From Hydrolagus colliei (lineage: Eukaryota): 64,000 nt of DNA. Location: positions 15,004,001 through 15,068,000 of the forward strand of contig CM068749.1 in assembly GCA_035084275.1 (NCBI GenBank), in the 5' to 3' direction. Below the pieces are notes generated by a model. It was not told the origin of the DNA and made no database searches. It saw only the letters and a list, made by a program, of their open reading frames with translations. Made by a program: the position numbers and the translations under genes. Position 1 is the first letter of the stretch; each line of letters opens with the position of its first letter. Positions 23,807 to 36,047 of this stretch are shown here, piece after piece.

Positions 23807-24755
23807 CAATGTTATGCCAACAACTTAATCACGTGGTCCACAGGAAGTCATGATGAGAAAAGCATCAGTGTGTACTAAAGAAGCTCCCTTTATAATAGTA
23901 TGTACTAAAGAAGCTCCCTTTATAATCCTCTAGAATTAAACTGCTTTCAAAATGTATTTAAATCTCATTCAGAAGATACCTTGTGAAGCAGGAATGCTTT
24001 GTGTTGTTCCCCTTTGTTCCACTTTTGAATCCAGTTGCTGCTATACTTAAACAGGACGAGAAGGCAGACTTCAAGAATTGAACTGTGCAAAGGTCCAGTG
24101 TGGAATGCATATTCAAATTTCAAATGACTGTATTCCCTTAAGATGTTAAGTTCCATTTGAAGTGAAGCAAGTTAGATAGGTGATTTAAGTCACAACTAAA
24201 GAGGTAGTTTTATGAAGTTCAAGGTCTGGGAGGTGAGTTCTGGTGCTCTTCAACCTGAAGGATGATGATGTTTGATGATAAATCATTCACTTAATGTCTG
24301 AACCAAGTATGGTACAGGTTAGATCTAGGGCACAGTATCCTCTGGAGATTGGTCTAATGATTTCCCTTGGCCTTAACCTAGAATGGCGAGCCTTACAGGA
24401 CGCAAAAATGACATTTCCATTTATTTCACTCACAATCCTTAAATGTCTCGCTTACTTTGAAATTTCAATCAATATCCCATTCCAAATTTTGGCTAATTTT
24501 CCATCGCAGGCTCAAATCCTTTTGGTTTAGTTGGTACAGTATTGCTATATATATCCTCTGCTTCAGAAGGCTTGAGCCCCACATTGCAGCTAACCCCTAA
24601 ATCCATGCTGACTCTTCAATACAGTGCTGTTAAAACAGTTGGTGTTGGTGGTGTAATCACGACTAAAATTCTGCTCTAGATAACACATGAACCAATCAAA
24701 TAGACTTATAATGACTTCCTGTGGACCATGTGATTGATCTGTTGACATAAAATTG
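23807..24755. mobile_element. Putative ~950-bp element bounded by 51-bp inverted repeats
   Basis: 23807-23857 versus the reverse complement of 24705-24755 gives 43/51 ungapped identity; core AATCAC(G/A)TGGTCCACAGGAAGTCAT. Confidence 0.55.
23867..23926. repeat. Tandem duplication, 30 bp x2
   Basis: AGT(G/A)TGTACTAAAGAAGCTCCCTTTATAAT twice, 29/30 identical. Confidence 0.9.
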
Positions 24756-24761
24756 AAAAAC

Positions 24762-24944
24762 AAAAAAAATGATCACTCAATTCACGACTGTTTGTGGGAT
24801 ACTGCTGTGAGCAATTGGCTGCTGCTTTTTGACTACAAAATACAATCAATCCACTTTACAATACATTCCGTGAAGTTCTTTGAGAGGTTTCAATGACGTG
24901 ATCAGACGCTATGTCAAATGCATTGGTTATTATTAGTAATAATA
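24762..24944 (+). mobile_element. Dominant SINE, 5'-truncated
   Basis: GATCACTCAATTCACGACTGTTTGTGGGATACTGCTGTGAGCAATTGGCTGC...GTCAAATGCATTGGTTATTATTA. Confidence 0.85.
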
Positions 24945-25806
24945 AGAATTCAGTAAAGAAGTTGCTCGATCAACTGAGGGTGCTTTCATTTGGCAAAGGA
25001 AAAGTTTTGAATCAATGTCAGTGATCGACCATGCAGAGCTACTGATTAGTTTGTATCCTCTCTCATTCCATCATTCTTCATGGCTTATTGCTTTCTGCCT
25101 AGAGCATAACTGTCCACCATCATCATGTGGTTGGAGGGTGTCTTTCAACTTAAAAATCTACAGCTTCCATTTACTGAGCACCTTTTTTACATTACAGAAT
25201 GTGTCAAAGCAGATGTAGTGATGCACATTGAACAGTGAAATGAGAGATTTAAGAATGTGGCTATGCACTGGAGGGGACCATCAGAAGCAATTCCAGAAGA
25301 TAAAGGGAGGGAAGTGGACCATGGAGGAAATGTGATGAAGAAGAATAGAGTGGAAAATTGTAGAGCGTTTTACCCAAAGCATCATGTTAGTTAGAGACAG
25401 TTTGAGGGTGAAATTAAATTGGTTGCTATTGAAGTCCTGGTGATACTGTATTGCTGGAAGATAAACAATGTCACTTCCACCACGCATCTTTTTAAGGACT
25501 AATGGTTATGCTAAAGTTTGAAAAGTATAATTTTAATGCAAGTAAAACAAAATCTTGAGGGTATATCTTATCTGCATTCAATACTGTTGCAAAGTAATAG
25601 AGTAATCACATATTTGGTCCACTGTAGTTGTGTTTGTAGCCTAATGATGTATTAAAGGCTGTTGCTTTCATTAAATCTGAGAGATTTGCATATGTTTTGC
25701 TTAATGTAAGATTGTGTTTATTGGAAGGTTGTCATTTTATTGTTTTTTCCCCCCCTTTTTACTGAAATGTGACTGTGGAGGAGGGCCTTAGCTAGCCTGA
25801 GTGAAA

Positions 25807-25936
25807 GCTGTGCGCAAATGGCTGTTACGTTTCGCCCACAAAATATTCAGTCGATTCACTTTACAGTATATTCAGTGAAGTACTGTGAAACGTCTCAACA
25901 ATGTGATGATGCAATATATCAAATGCAAGGATTACT
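25807..25936 (+). mobile_element. Dominant SINE, 3' half
   Basis: GCTGTGCGCAAATGGCTG...TTCACTTTACAGTATATTC...ATCAAATGCAAGGATTA. Confidence 0.85.
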
Positions 25937-27270
25937 TTGTGCCACAACTCATGACTGTCCAATAGAACTTGAGAAAATGGTTTCACACAGGTTCACCACC
26001 TATCACATCTACCTCACAAATAAGTTCCTGCAAGTATTCTGACTGTCAATTCACAAATGTTCTATTTAGTTTACCATATTTATTTAGAATTGCTTTATAA
26101 TTTTAAATCCATCCCCCAATAGTTCAGTGGATATAAGCAAACATGGGCCTAGGCAAGGGAAGGCCTTTATTTCTATTTATTTTGTCACTTTCCCATCCAA
26201 GGGAATTTGAGGCAATTTGTGAATTTTTTGTTTAATTTTGTTTATCCCTCAGAATTCAAGCAACTACAGTATGATAAAATAACTTCTGAGTATTGGTGGG
26301 GCTCAGTCTTTATGCCCAGGTAGGAGTCAAGTAAGCCATGTGAAATTACTGACACGTTGAAAAGCTTAGCTTGAAAATCTTCTCAGCTGTGAAGAGAACG
26401 AAACTGACAGGGTCAACCCAGAGTCATCTCAAACTCAATTTATTGCAGCACTGAGTCACAAAGTATGCCTTTCAACTTTGAAAAGATGGTATCATAAGTT
26501 AAGCTGGTGGTTTTAGGAAGATTTTGAGCATCTATCTGAGGAGGTTTTGCCAAAATGCCTAGACAGATTTTATATAATTCCAGGTTAAATACAAAACAGT
26601 TGTAGTATAGAATTAATATCTATTGAAGCTGATCACAAATCAACCAGCCAGTAGCCCATCTATACTGAGGTTTTAACTGAAATCGGATTATACTGCCTAG
26701 TAAATGAAACATCTTCGCAAGAAATGTGCTTGAATAAATAGTGAATATATACTTGGCAGATAATGTGTTTTTTTGTTTTGCTGAAGAGTGCATTTCGGGG
26801 AGGCTGACACTGCTTTATGATTGTGATAGTGCATCCTGCTAAACTACTTTTTCCATCACTGGTACAGCACGAATATACTGCAACACATTTTCTATTTGAT
26901 TGAGTTTTTATTTATGATATTTAAGATTATCCTTAGCATTTAAAGCTCTGTTATTTTTCACAGAGAGCAAATGTTTATAGTATCCATGGATGTAACAATC
27001 TACCTTAGGTACATTTTCTTATTCCAGTCAAATCAATGTTAATAAAGGGTTTTGAATTAAAAGCAACCGCAATGTGCAAACAATTTAACTGAATATGTTC
27101 ACAGTGCTTCAAACCCTAAATTTGGGGATTCCACAAAGGATACTTTGTCACTATAATCACAGGAAAAAATGAATCCTGGCTGTTCAATTTATTCTATACA
27201 GGAAATATATCCACATCAAAATTTTAAGTAAAATCTAAATTTGTCCATCGGGAGTTTTTTATATAAAATA

Positions 27271-27346
27271 AAATTGGTCAACTAGCTTCATGACAGTTTG
27301 TGGAATGTTGCTGAGCTCAAATTGGTTGCACTTTCCCACAAAATAT
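27271..27346 (+). mobile_element. SINE body fragment
   Basis: AAATTGGTCA...CATGACAGTTTGTGGAATGTTGCTGAGCTCAAATTGGTTGC...CCCACAAAATAT. Confidence 0.5.
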
Positions 27347-27451
27347 TGCACACACAATTAACTCCTTGCACTGATCCACATGTCTCTCTACACTCTAATC
27401 TACAAAGGGTACATTTTGCCAAGAGGTAATTACATATCTAATACAGTAGTA

Positions 27452-27515
27452 TAGTAATAATTATTGTATTTGATATACCACATTGCATGTCGCACGGACA
27501 TCTCAAAGTGATTCA
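27452..27515 (-). mobile_element. SINE 3' tail fragment
   Basis: TAATAATTATTGTATTTGATATACC...GACATCTCAAAGTGATTCA. Confidence 0.55.
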
Positions 27516-29199
27516 ATAATAAACTGTAAACTGTAGCAAGTGTGCATATTGTCGGCAAAACTAGTCACTTTTTGAAACTCACTATACTTGTGGTGGATAG
27601 TTAAATTGTTTACTTATTCTTGTGGAAGGTTGTTTTGGTTGATACAGTGTGTAGAATATTGGAAGCTGGGAGTAAATAATAAAATGAATTCAAAGAATTC
27701 AAGTGATCTTCGCCATGAGATCTTAGCTCCTGTGATTTGTAGACGTCATTGAACTAAGAGATTAAATTACATCTTTTTCTACATTCTCTGTACCATCTGC
27801 AATAATATATTAGGGTCTTACTAAAATGAAAGCAGTACCAATTACATTTAAATGTAACTCTGAAATTAGATTCAAGCCTGAGAGCATATTTTCATTTCAT
27901 CTTTGCAGAATTGTTGGAAGCCAAGGAGACATTTTGCAGAACTTTCCTATCAAAAGATTAAATAAGTGAGGCAGAATCCACGATCGGGCAAATTGAACAT
28001 GGTCCATGGAAGAAGTGACCTTAATAGACCAACAGCCTTTCCTTGTGGCATGATTCCTGTATTCTTATCTTCCAGAATAATATGGCATTATCCAAAGCAG
28101 TATAAAGCACTGAAAAATGATGGATACCTAGGAGCTTTCACCAGGTGGTAGTCTGATCGAATGTTTTATCACCGTGGCTTGCAGACCAAATGGATTAAGG
28201 CATTGAATATATACTGCAGAATGTAATGGATGATTTTATTCAGTTCTGAGGGATTTGGGGCTCTTGGTAGCTTGCAGAGCAGATGTCAATGCTTTGGTGC
28301 CCTGCAAGACTGAAGGACGAATGGTTGTGATGAGGTGCCTACAGGTTTATAGAAAATAGTTGATTGTTAGAAAATAATACAGCCAATAAAGTGTTTTTTC
28401 TACCACTGGTATTCTTATACACAAGTGATCTATTTCTGGCTAAATTCAACGACAATGATATTTTTAAAGAAAAACCTCTCAAACCTCTTTTCATAGCAGC
28501 TGCTATTGCAAAAAAAAAACCTTCACACTTTAAATACATTCCAGTGCTCCAAGTGACTGAATTATTAATTAAGGATAAGTAGTTAGGCTCCTAAATTCAA
28601 TTGTGGTTTAATAAAATTATTTATCAGTTTTCTGCTGAAGTCAAGTTCACATCTTTAGGGTGTTCCTGTTTCTGAAATAGTGAAGTATTGACCCCCCCCC
28701 AATGAGAGTGCCTAGGTTTTCAATCCCTGCCCATGGCTTTCCCCAGAGGATAGGTTTTAGCTGTCTCTTGTTGGGTCATGTGTGGAAATACAGAAAGGAG
28801 TGATCCTTTTTGCTCGGTTTGGGCTTATGGGAATTTAGCCAAGGATTACCACTGACCGTGTCTCCAACAAATATACCACCTCCACCAACCACAGAGGATA
28901 GAGTGTACACAAAGGGAGGTTATAATTTGGGGTAAACAACGGAAGGAAATGCAGAAACACCACCAGTAAAGTTATTGTGAGCAAAGCAAAACAAATGTAT
29001 GTGTATTTTTACATGTGCTTTTGCACACAGCTTATTTTTGGAAGCTTTTACGTTGTATTTTGATTTGCAAAGATACCCATTCTCCCAGGTTCTGCTGTAT
29101 AATCTGAGTCACCAAAATGCATCTGAGTTGTATATCAACAATACTATGATGGACATCCGGTCGTCTTCTCAGGTCTTCTGGTTCCCTGACGAGGACAAT

Positions 29200-29326
29200 G
29201 GGGTCTAAATTGTGAGACTTGCAAAAGAACAAGAGAATAGCAAATCCCGAATATGTTACACGGTTGACCTCTGGAACTCCACTTGGAATACAACTTCATA
29301 GAGATCAAATCTCACAATTCAGACCC
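29200..29326. mobile_element. ~127-bp MITE, PIF/Harbinger-like
   Basis: TIRs GGGTCTAAATTGTGAGACTTG (29201-29221) and rc GGGTCTGAATTGTGAGATTTG (29306-29326), 19/21 identical; flanked by AAT on both sides (possible 3-bp TSD). Confidence 0.65.
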
Positions 29327-29392
29327 AATAAGCAAGCGGTGACTTTAATTTAACCCATTACTTATCCATCAAGTGGCATGCACACCGTCTTG

Positions 29393-29808
29393 TAGTGTCC
29401 GGCGATATATCGGTTATATCGATATAATTTTTCATATCGATATACTGATATCGGAAATTTGAATATATCGGTATATAGAAAAATTCGGTATGAAAAAAAA
29501 ATACAACCAAAGGTTCAAATGCCCATTACGCTCCCTTAAACTAACAAAAAACCATAGGTAGCATTTAACTGACCTTGTCGCCGGCATTGCAAACATCCTG
29601 GGCGTAGAGCACGCATATCTGAAGGCGCGCGCATCCCCCTTCTTCCCTTCTCCCCACCACCAAACACAATCAGACATGCGCAGACCGGTCATTCCCCCTC
29701 CTCCCACTAAACACCATTTTCGCACATGTGCACAAGATACATTGGTATATATCGATATGAGCCCATCGATATATCGATATCGGAAAATTTCCATATCAAC
29801 GGACCCTA
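29393..29808. mobile_element. Non-autonomous hAT DNA transposon (416 bp) with 8-bp TSD
   Basis: TIRs TAGTGTCCGGCGATAT and rc TAGGGTCCGTTGATAT; perfect TSD CCGTCTTG at 29385-29392 and 29809-29816; many subterminal ATATCG/CGATAT repeats at both ends. Confidence 0.92.
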
Positions 29809-29893
29809 CCGTCTTGCTATGACAGATTCACCAATGTAAAACTATCAAAGTTTCACTCTGAACACTGTACGCATAAAAGCTGTGATAACTGGC

Positions 29894-30033
29894 ATAATAA
29901 TAACAATAATATCTGATATTATTTTCACCTCTTTGAGGCGTCTCGAAGAGCTTCACAGAATATACTGTAAAGTGAATTGACTGGAATTTGTGGGCAAAAC
30001 TTGGCAGCCAATTCCATATCATGGATTGAGTGA
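29894..30033 (-). mobile_element. Dominant SINE, 3' half
   Basis: GCTTCACAGAATATACTGTAAAGTGAATTGACTG...TGTGGGCAAAAC...GCAGCCAATT. Confidence 0.85.
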
Positions 30034-31434
30034 AGCCACATTTGTTTTTAAAAACCTGGAAAAGCGATCCACCAATCGACTGACAACCAGATTCCAATTT
30101 ACTGCTAGCTAAACAGAGGCATGTGGAGTAAGAAAGCTTGCCCAACATTTCAGTATGCAGGAAGTGCATTTTCTTCTACCTTTCAGTTAAAATTAGTGTT
30201 TTATTGTGGAGCCTTAATTGCTGTCTTCTAAATCAGTTCTGTTTGTACCATCACATAGCAGATGTGGGAGTTCCAAGACTAATGTTTGAATAGATCTGCC
30301 CTAATTGTGATACTGTAATCATTGAGGCGTAGCACCTATAATCATGAAACTCTAGTGAAGGGCTTTGTTTTTGTGTGTGTTGAAGATGTAAAATCACTGA
30401 TAGTATGGACATTCACCACCCTCTTTTAATTAAATGCGCAGAAACTCATACCAATATCGTAAATTTATATTTTTAAATGGGTGAATTGGAAAGCTGAGAG
30501 CCGCGTTCATATATGGAATGGAAGCTGCTGAAAATGTGTCTTCAATTTGCAATTTTCTTTGTTATTTGGTAGAAATAGTGCAACTGAAGCCCTCCCACAG
30601 CTTGACGCTCAGCTGTATTGAAGCGAAAGACGGGAGTGAATGAGATCTACAACACACTCATCAAACATAAATACCGCTGCTATTCACATACAGAGTGACA
30701 TTCACACAGCTGACACATATAACAAGTTGTGTCATTCTGTCTAAATTAAAGTCACAATAAAACATTTTCAGACATCATAGTCAGCTTTTCTATTGTTTGA
30801 GCTTTTGGTCTCTGTGCAATGATGCCAAATTCCATGATTTAAAGAGTATCCAGTGTGTCATTAACTCCTGACCAGTTTTTATGTATGCCGCCGCCAGTGA
30901 CTAATCTTTTCAGAATGCAGTGGCATAAATATTAAATACTTGAGCACAAAATGGTGGCTAAAGTGAAGACCAAATTAACAGACCACCGACTTTTTTAATT
31001 TTTAAAAAATGACACACACAGATATTTTGAAGCAAGCAAACTAAATGTAAGCCTCTTTCACTGAGGGATTGGGCAGCACTCCTAAAAGCAGTCTGGTTTT
31101 ACCTTCATTGTGCTGTGCACACATCAGTTATTGCATTAGTTCCTGAAGTGATCAGACTAAAGGTGGGCAAAAATGTATGGGTGCAAATGACACACCCATT
31201 ACACTAATTTTTTTTAAAAAGACGCCTTCTCTACAGCAGCAGGAAGTTTTCACTTCTTTCAATTAATTTTAAGTGGTATTGACATTTAAAAATAAAATCG
31301 CTGTCCTTTAATTTTCAGTTAACAATTGGAGCACTAATAGATCTGTCCTTGGGAATTTTGCTTCTTTCAAAACTGCATAGCAGAGCAATAAAAGCAGCTG
31401 ATTACATTTTCAATCTGATTACTACTAACAGATT

Positions 31435-31448
31435 GTTGCCTTAGCAAC
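31435..31448. promoter_or_regulatory. RFX X-box-like palindromic motif
   Basis: GTTGCCTTAGCAAC matches the GTTGCC-NN-RGCAAC consensus; motif match only. Confidence 0.3.
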
Positions 31449-32308
31449 ATCTTATATTCTTTACCCCCAAATTAATTTGCACCACTTTCCTCAATTGCAT
31501 TAAACTGAGCCAAAATTTTAAAAAAATGAAAGATCTATGGTGCAGATTAATAGATGGAAGGGAGTATTTAGTGTCCTAGAAGTGATATCAATTGCTATCC
31601 TTCTGTTGCAATACCTTTAGTATGTAAAGCCTGGAGCCTTTTGAGAACTGATTTGAATGCTGAGGTTGCTTAACATTTGAATGTGTTATTAAACCCAAGC
31701 ATGGGCAGTGATTTATGCTGTGTTCAGAAGGACTCCTTCAAGCGATTGGATTATGATTGGGTGTGCTCTGGTAGCAGTTCAGAAGTGCTGTGTCAAGTAG
31801 TGAATTCAACAGTTGAGTTCTGGTTCATTAGCTTGATAGTTTGTAGCAGTGTTCCACCTTCAAAGTGTGTCAGCAGGAAACATGACTGTAGTGCCTATGT
31901 GTCAGGACACTTTGTCATTACATGCATGAGCAAATGAGCCACCATTAAACCTAGCTGTGGCAGGAATTCTACACTTCTGCATTGCAGAGAAGTTGCTGCA
32001 TATATGGAATTCAATAAAGGACGTGAAATGGGCCTGATTCTGACATAGATTGGCCAATTTAATTTTATATTTATTAGCGGAGTCTTAAGCAATGTACCCA
32101 GCAATATGCTTACATCACCTTTGCCTCGAGTCTGATTTTCAATTGATAAAACCAACCACTGGGACGCATATTAAAAATCGAATTCAACAAAATTCTTAAT
32201 GCTGGTAGTACGGGAGAAACTTGTTGGATTAATGACTATATTTCTCTGATGAGTATATCTTATTTTAGAAATTTATTGTTCTTGCTTAGTTTGTTACTGA
32301 CCTCATGA

Positions 32309-32383
32309 TAGGGCAGATTTAGCCAGGGACACAATATCTCATCCAGGGATTTTCTCCGGAAATCGAGACGTATGGTCACCCTA
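32309..32383. mobile_element. Degraded hAT (Blackjack-type TAGGGTGACC TIR) MITE
   Basis: Ends TAGGGCAGATTT...GGGACAC and GAGACGTATGGTCACCCTA; no clean TSD. A similar right end GGAAATC...GGTCACCCTA lies at 34329-34355. Confidence 0.45.
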
Positions 32384-34039
32384 TCTTATACAGTATATGA
32401 TTATAACCTCTTGCTATTCCACAGAAATCCAGCACATCCTATTATGCCCTTGAGGATAGGTATGAATAGATTTGCTCACTTTGAATTGAATAGATAAATG
32501 AAACTTGTATAGGAGTACAGTATTTTACTCCAAAAAATAATGAAATAGAGGCAGTGTCCGTGGGCTGAATAGTTTCTGGAGGATTTTTACTGCTCAATGT
32601 ACTTCACTGCCATGATAATTATTGGAAAAAATTATTGAAATGGGCCAATGACTATGAAGAAAAATGATAAGGAAGAATTCAAGGACCTGTTTATACAGTA
32701 TATGGAAATATAAAATTGGCAGAGAGATTCTATTTTAGATATTTTCTTAAAAGCAGTGTCAATGTTTGAATAGAACAAAAAATTAATTAGTCTTCAGAGA
32801 GATTAAATAAGACTGAGGAGATAATTCGCAATCCTTAAAAAATCAGTTATGGTTTCCAGGCAAAACACTGTACATAATTTTTAAGACAAAGCAGTACCAT
32901 TAACTAGAGTACACGTATGATGACTAGGTGGTTCAATGTATGTTATTTGCATATTATGGAAATGGTGAAACGGATCCTCTTTCTTTTTTCAAAAAGAACT
33001 CTACTATTGGCTCCTTACCATGGGTTGAACAGCACCGAGCAACTAAGTTTATAAGTTCTTTCAAAATTGTAAATCCTAACTCAGTTCTAGCTGTTTCCGG
33101 GAAAGTTCCTCACAGGGCACGAGGGTCAAAATAACATTGCCGAAGATCGCTGCTTCATAGAGAAAAATAAGCTCCTTGATCAGCATTCCTCCCTTTGGAG
33201 GTAGAAGTACTGCTTCACTTGAGATCTAGCTCTGGCAGCAAAGACAGGGCTGCCATCAGTGGCATCACTGCAAGATAAAATGGCATTAGATATCCTCCAG
33301 GGCTCTCTAAGAGTTAGCAGCACAATTTGGAAGCAGAGAAGGTTGCATTAAAATAATTCACTAACAAGAGAGTACAAAGGACTAAATCTTTGTAAAGATT
33401 TAGAAAATATCCTGCTAAAAACAACCACAAAAGCTTTCAATACTGCTTTCAAAATTTAAAACAAAACAAGCTCGGGAGCAGTACAATTGTATTCTGAATC
33501 CTCATTAATGATTTGCCATGGAAACAAAACGCCTTTTGTTGAGAGTGTGTGTAGCAGGTATATTCACAGTGTTTTCTCCATCTGGGAAGCGGCATTTCTC
33601 CTTTGCATATCTTCAAGATCAAACGCACAAAGCTCTACCACCCAGCTTGGAAACTTTGCGCTTTACAAATATAAGTACAAATGCCTCAACAACACATAAC
33701 ATCTCACATCCCTTCTCATGGAGGGAGGGAAATCTCACATTTTTCAAGCATAAATACAAATGTGATACAATAACTATGGTACCAGTCAGCAGTGTTCAAA
33801 AAGCATCCTTTTGAAGTCCATGGATATTGATATCAATGGCAGGAAACACTGTGCTACTTGGACATAAAATCTTTACACAGTATTTCCATTCAACCCGAAT
33901 CGGTACCCAGTTACTACAAATGTTGCAATGTTTCTCTATGCAATAATACGTTTGAAGGACCTATTGGGACTGTTCACTTCGTAATGGGAGGTGTTGGTGA
34001 GACATGTAAAAGTTTACTGGAGACTATGATGTACAGTGC

Positions 34040-34162
34040 AATAATAATAATAATAATAATCCTTGCATTTGATATCGCGCTTTTCACATCTTATCTACGT
34101 CTCAAAGTTCTTCACAGAATATATTGTAAAGTGAATTGACTGTTTATTTGTGGGCAAAACAC
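34040..34162 (-). mobile_element. Dominant SINE, 3' half
   Basis: (ATA)n TCCTTGCATTTGATATCGCGCTTTTCAC...GTAAAGTGAATTGACTG...GTGGGCAAAAC. Confidence 0.88.
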
Positions 34163-34171
34163 ATGTTAAAT

Positions 34172-34215
34172 AGACATGTTAAAAGGCGCTATACAAATGT
34201 AATTTTGTTGTTGTT
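34172..34215 (+). mobile_element. Very short L2 3' tail
   Basis: AAAGGCGCTATACAAATGTAATTTTGTTGTTGTT. Confidence 0.75.
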
Positions 34216-35080
34216 ATAAAAGTAGATAAGCAATTTAATGCTGAGCAATTTTTCCTTCCCCCATATCCAATGTATGTGTGGATCCAGGCGATATGATCTA
34301 AACCGAGTATATTCTACATCCTCTTTAAGGAAATCTTGAGATCTAGGTCACCCTAACACTTCAGGCAGGGTGCAATTAGCCATTCTGCAAAAAATTGCAT
34401 TGATGCTAATCTGCATTATGAATATAGAGTTTATTCTTTAATTTTACTCTAGAGGCATTGTATAATAACATTACAGCAGTATGCAGCTGGGTACCAAGGG
34501 AACCTAATTATCTCAATTTAACTTAATTGATCTGCTTCATAATATCATTTGTAATTTATTTACCTAATCTATCTTGCATTTAACTAAAACATATATTGGA
34601 TGAACAAGCTGGCACTGTAGTTTTAAAATGCGGTCTGTCATTCTAGCCTTATTGTCAGAGCTTTGTGACATCCTTGTTTATTTAATTCAAAATCAGCACT
34701 ATTGCCTTCCTGAAAGGTAATAGCCGAAAGCCAGTTCAAACGTGCAGTTATAGCTGATTTTTGCAGTCCTGACCCCTGTAATTCAGTGTGTAAAAAGCTT
34801 GACTTTCATGAGATTACATAAAATATATCTTGCTGATCTCATTAAATGACACAATGAGATTGCTCCATCACAGCAACGTAGACATATGCACATTATACGC
34901 ACGGGCACCTCAACAATAACTGAATATTGTTTTCATCAACTGCAAATTGAAGGCATCATAGGGCATAAGTGACAAAGTGACGGAAACAAAATGAGGTTGC
35001 ATTGTGTACCATTGGTATCTCTTAGCCAGCAATTGTGCTTCTTCTATGCATTACATTAATCTGGTTTGATAGCAGTCAAT

Positions 35081-35390
35081 AAGTCCTGTAGCTCAGTGGT
35101 TACAGGACTCGCCTTGTAAGTAAGAGACCTGAGTTTGATTCCCAGCAGGGCAAAACCTTGGGCAAGTTTCCTTATTCCGCATGCCTAATAATAATCCCTC
35201 AAAAAAACAATAATAATTTGATCACTCAATCCACGACTGTTTGTGGGGCACTGTTGTGTGCGATTGGCTGCTGTGTTTCACCCACAAATACAGTCAATTC
35301 ACTTTACAGTATATTCTTTGAATATTCTTTTATATTCCAAAAGACGTGAAAAGCGCTATACCAAATGCAAGAATTATTATATTATTAATA
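35081..35390 (+). mobile_element. Dominant SINE, full length
   Basis: AGTCCTGTAGCTCAGTGGT head, CCTTGGGCAAGTTTCCTTA, body and CAAATGCAAGAATTATTAT tail. Confidence 0.9.
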
Positions 35391-36047
35391 AATATAGGAA
35401 TACAAAATATATTCAGAAAAAAAGGTGTTTAACTTATACTAACCCCACTGAATAATCAGTACAAATCTGCCAAGAAGGAATGCAACACCTAGGCTGTTGT
35501 CACACAAGTTTTGTTTAGGTTAGATAAATGACAGTCTCATTATTGTGATTCTGTTACTGAGGTTTTCTTCCATTCTCCTTTACTGCTGTCAGTTGAATTC
35601 AGTACTTTCAGGAGTACATAAAATATGCTTCAAGGAAATCTCGAGTTATGTTAAGTAGATTGTAAATCAATGTTCCCTGAAAGATAATTCCAACCTAATC
35701 AGCTGTATTTGCTGTTTCTTTGATTTAAGTTGAGCAAGCCCCCTTAGCATTGCAACCCACTTGTAAACCTCAGGAGAACAGGATAGCAAGCTGCAGAACA
35801 TTGCCTTTGATCTCTGGCACTTGAACGTGAAACCGGTATTAACTGATTGAATGAAGATCACTACATGGCGATGGCTGTAAATACTTGAGAAAATTGTGGT
35901 ATGTCCTCAGCAAAAAGGATTTGGGCAATCTCATTTGAATACTCCTGTTGAAGTTGGATCTGTGTCAGAAAACCATGTAATTAACAAATCTGCCCCCCCA
36001 AAATATTTTTGCCCACGTTATTTGGAATATGAATATACAATATGAAT

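Noticed and set aside
23867-23926. 30-bp direct repeat as a CRISPR-like array
   Set aside because: Only two adjacent copies with no spacer, in a eukaryotic context with no cas genes.
32640-32950. Highly decayed CR1 RT fragment (LQRD-like)
   Set aside because: The similarity is too short and interrupted to support a call.
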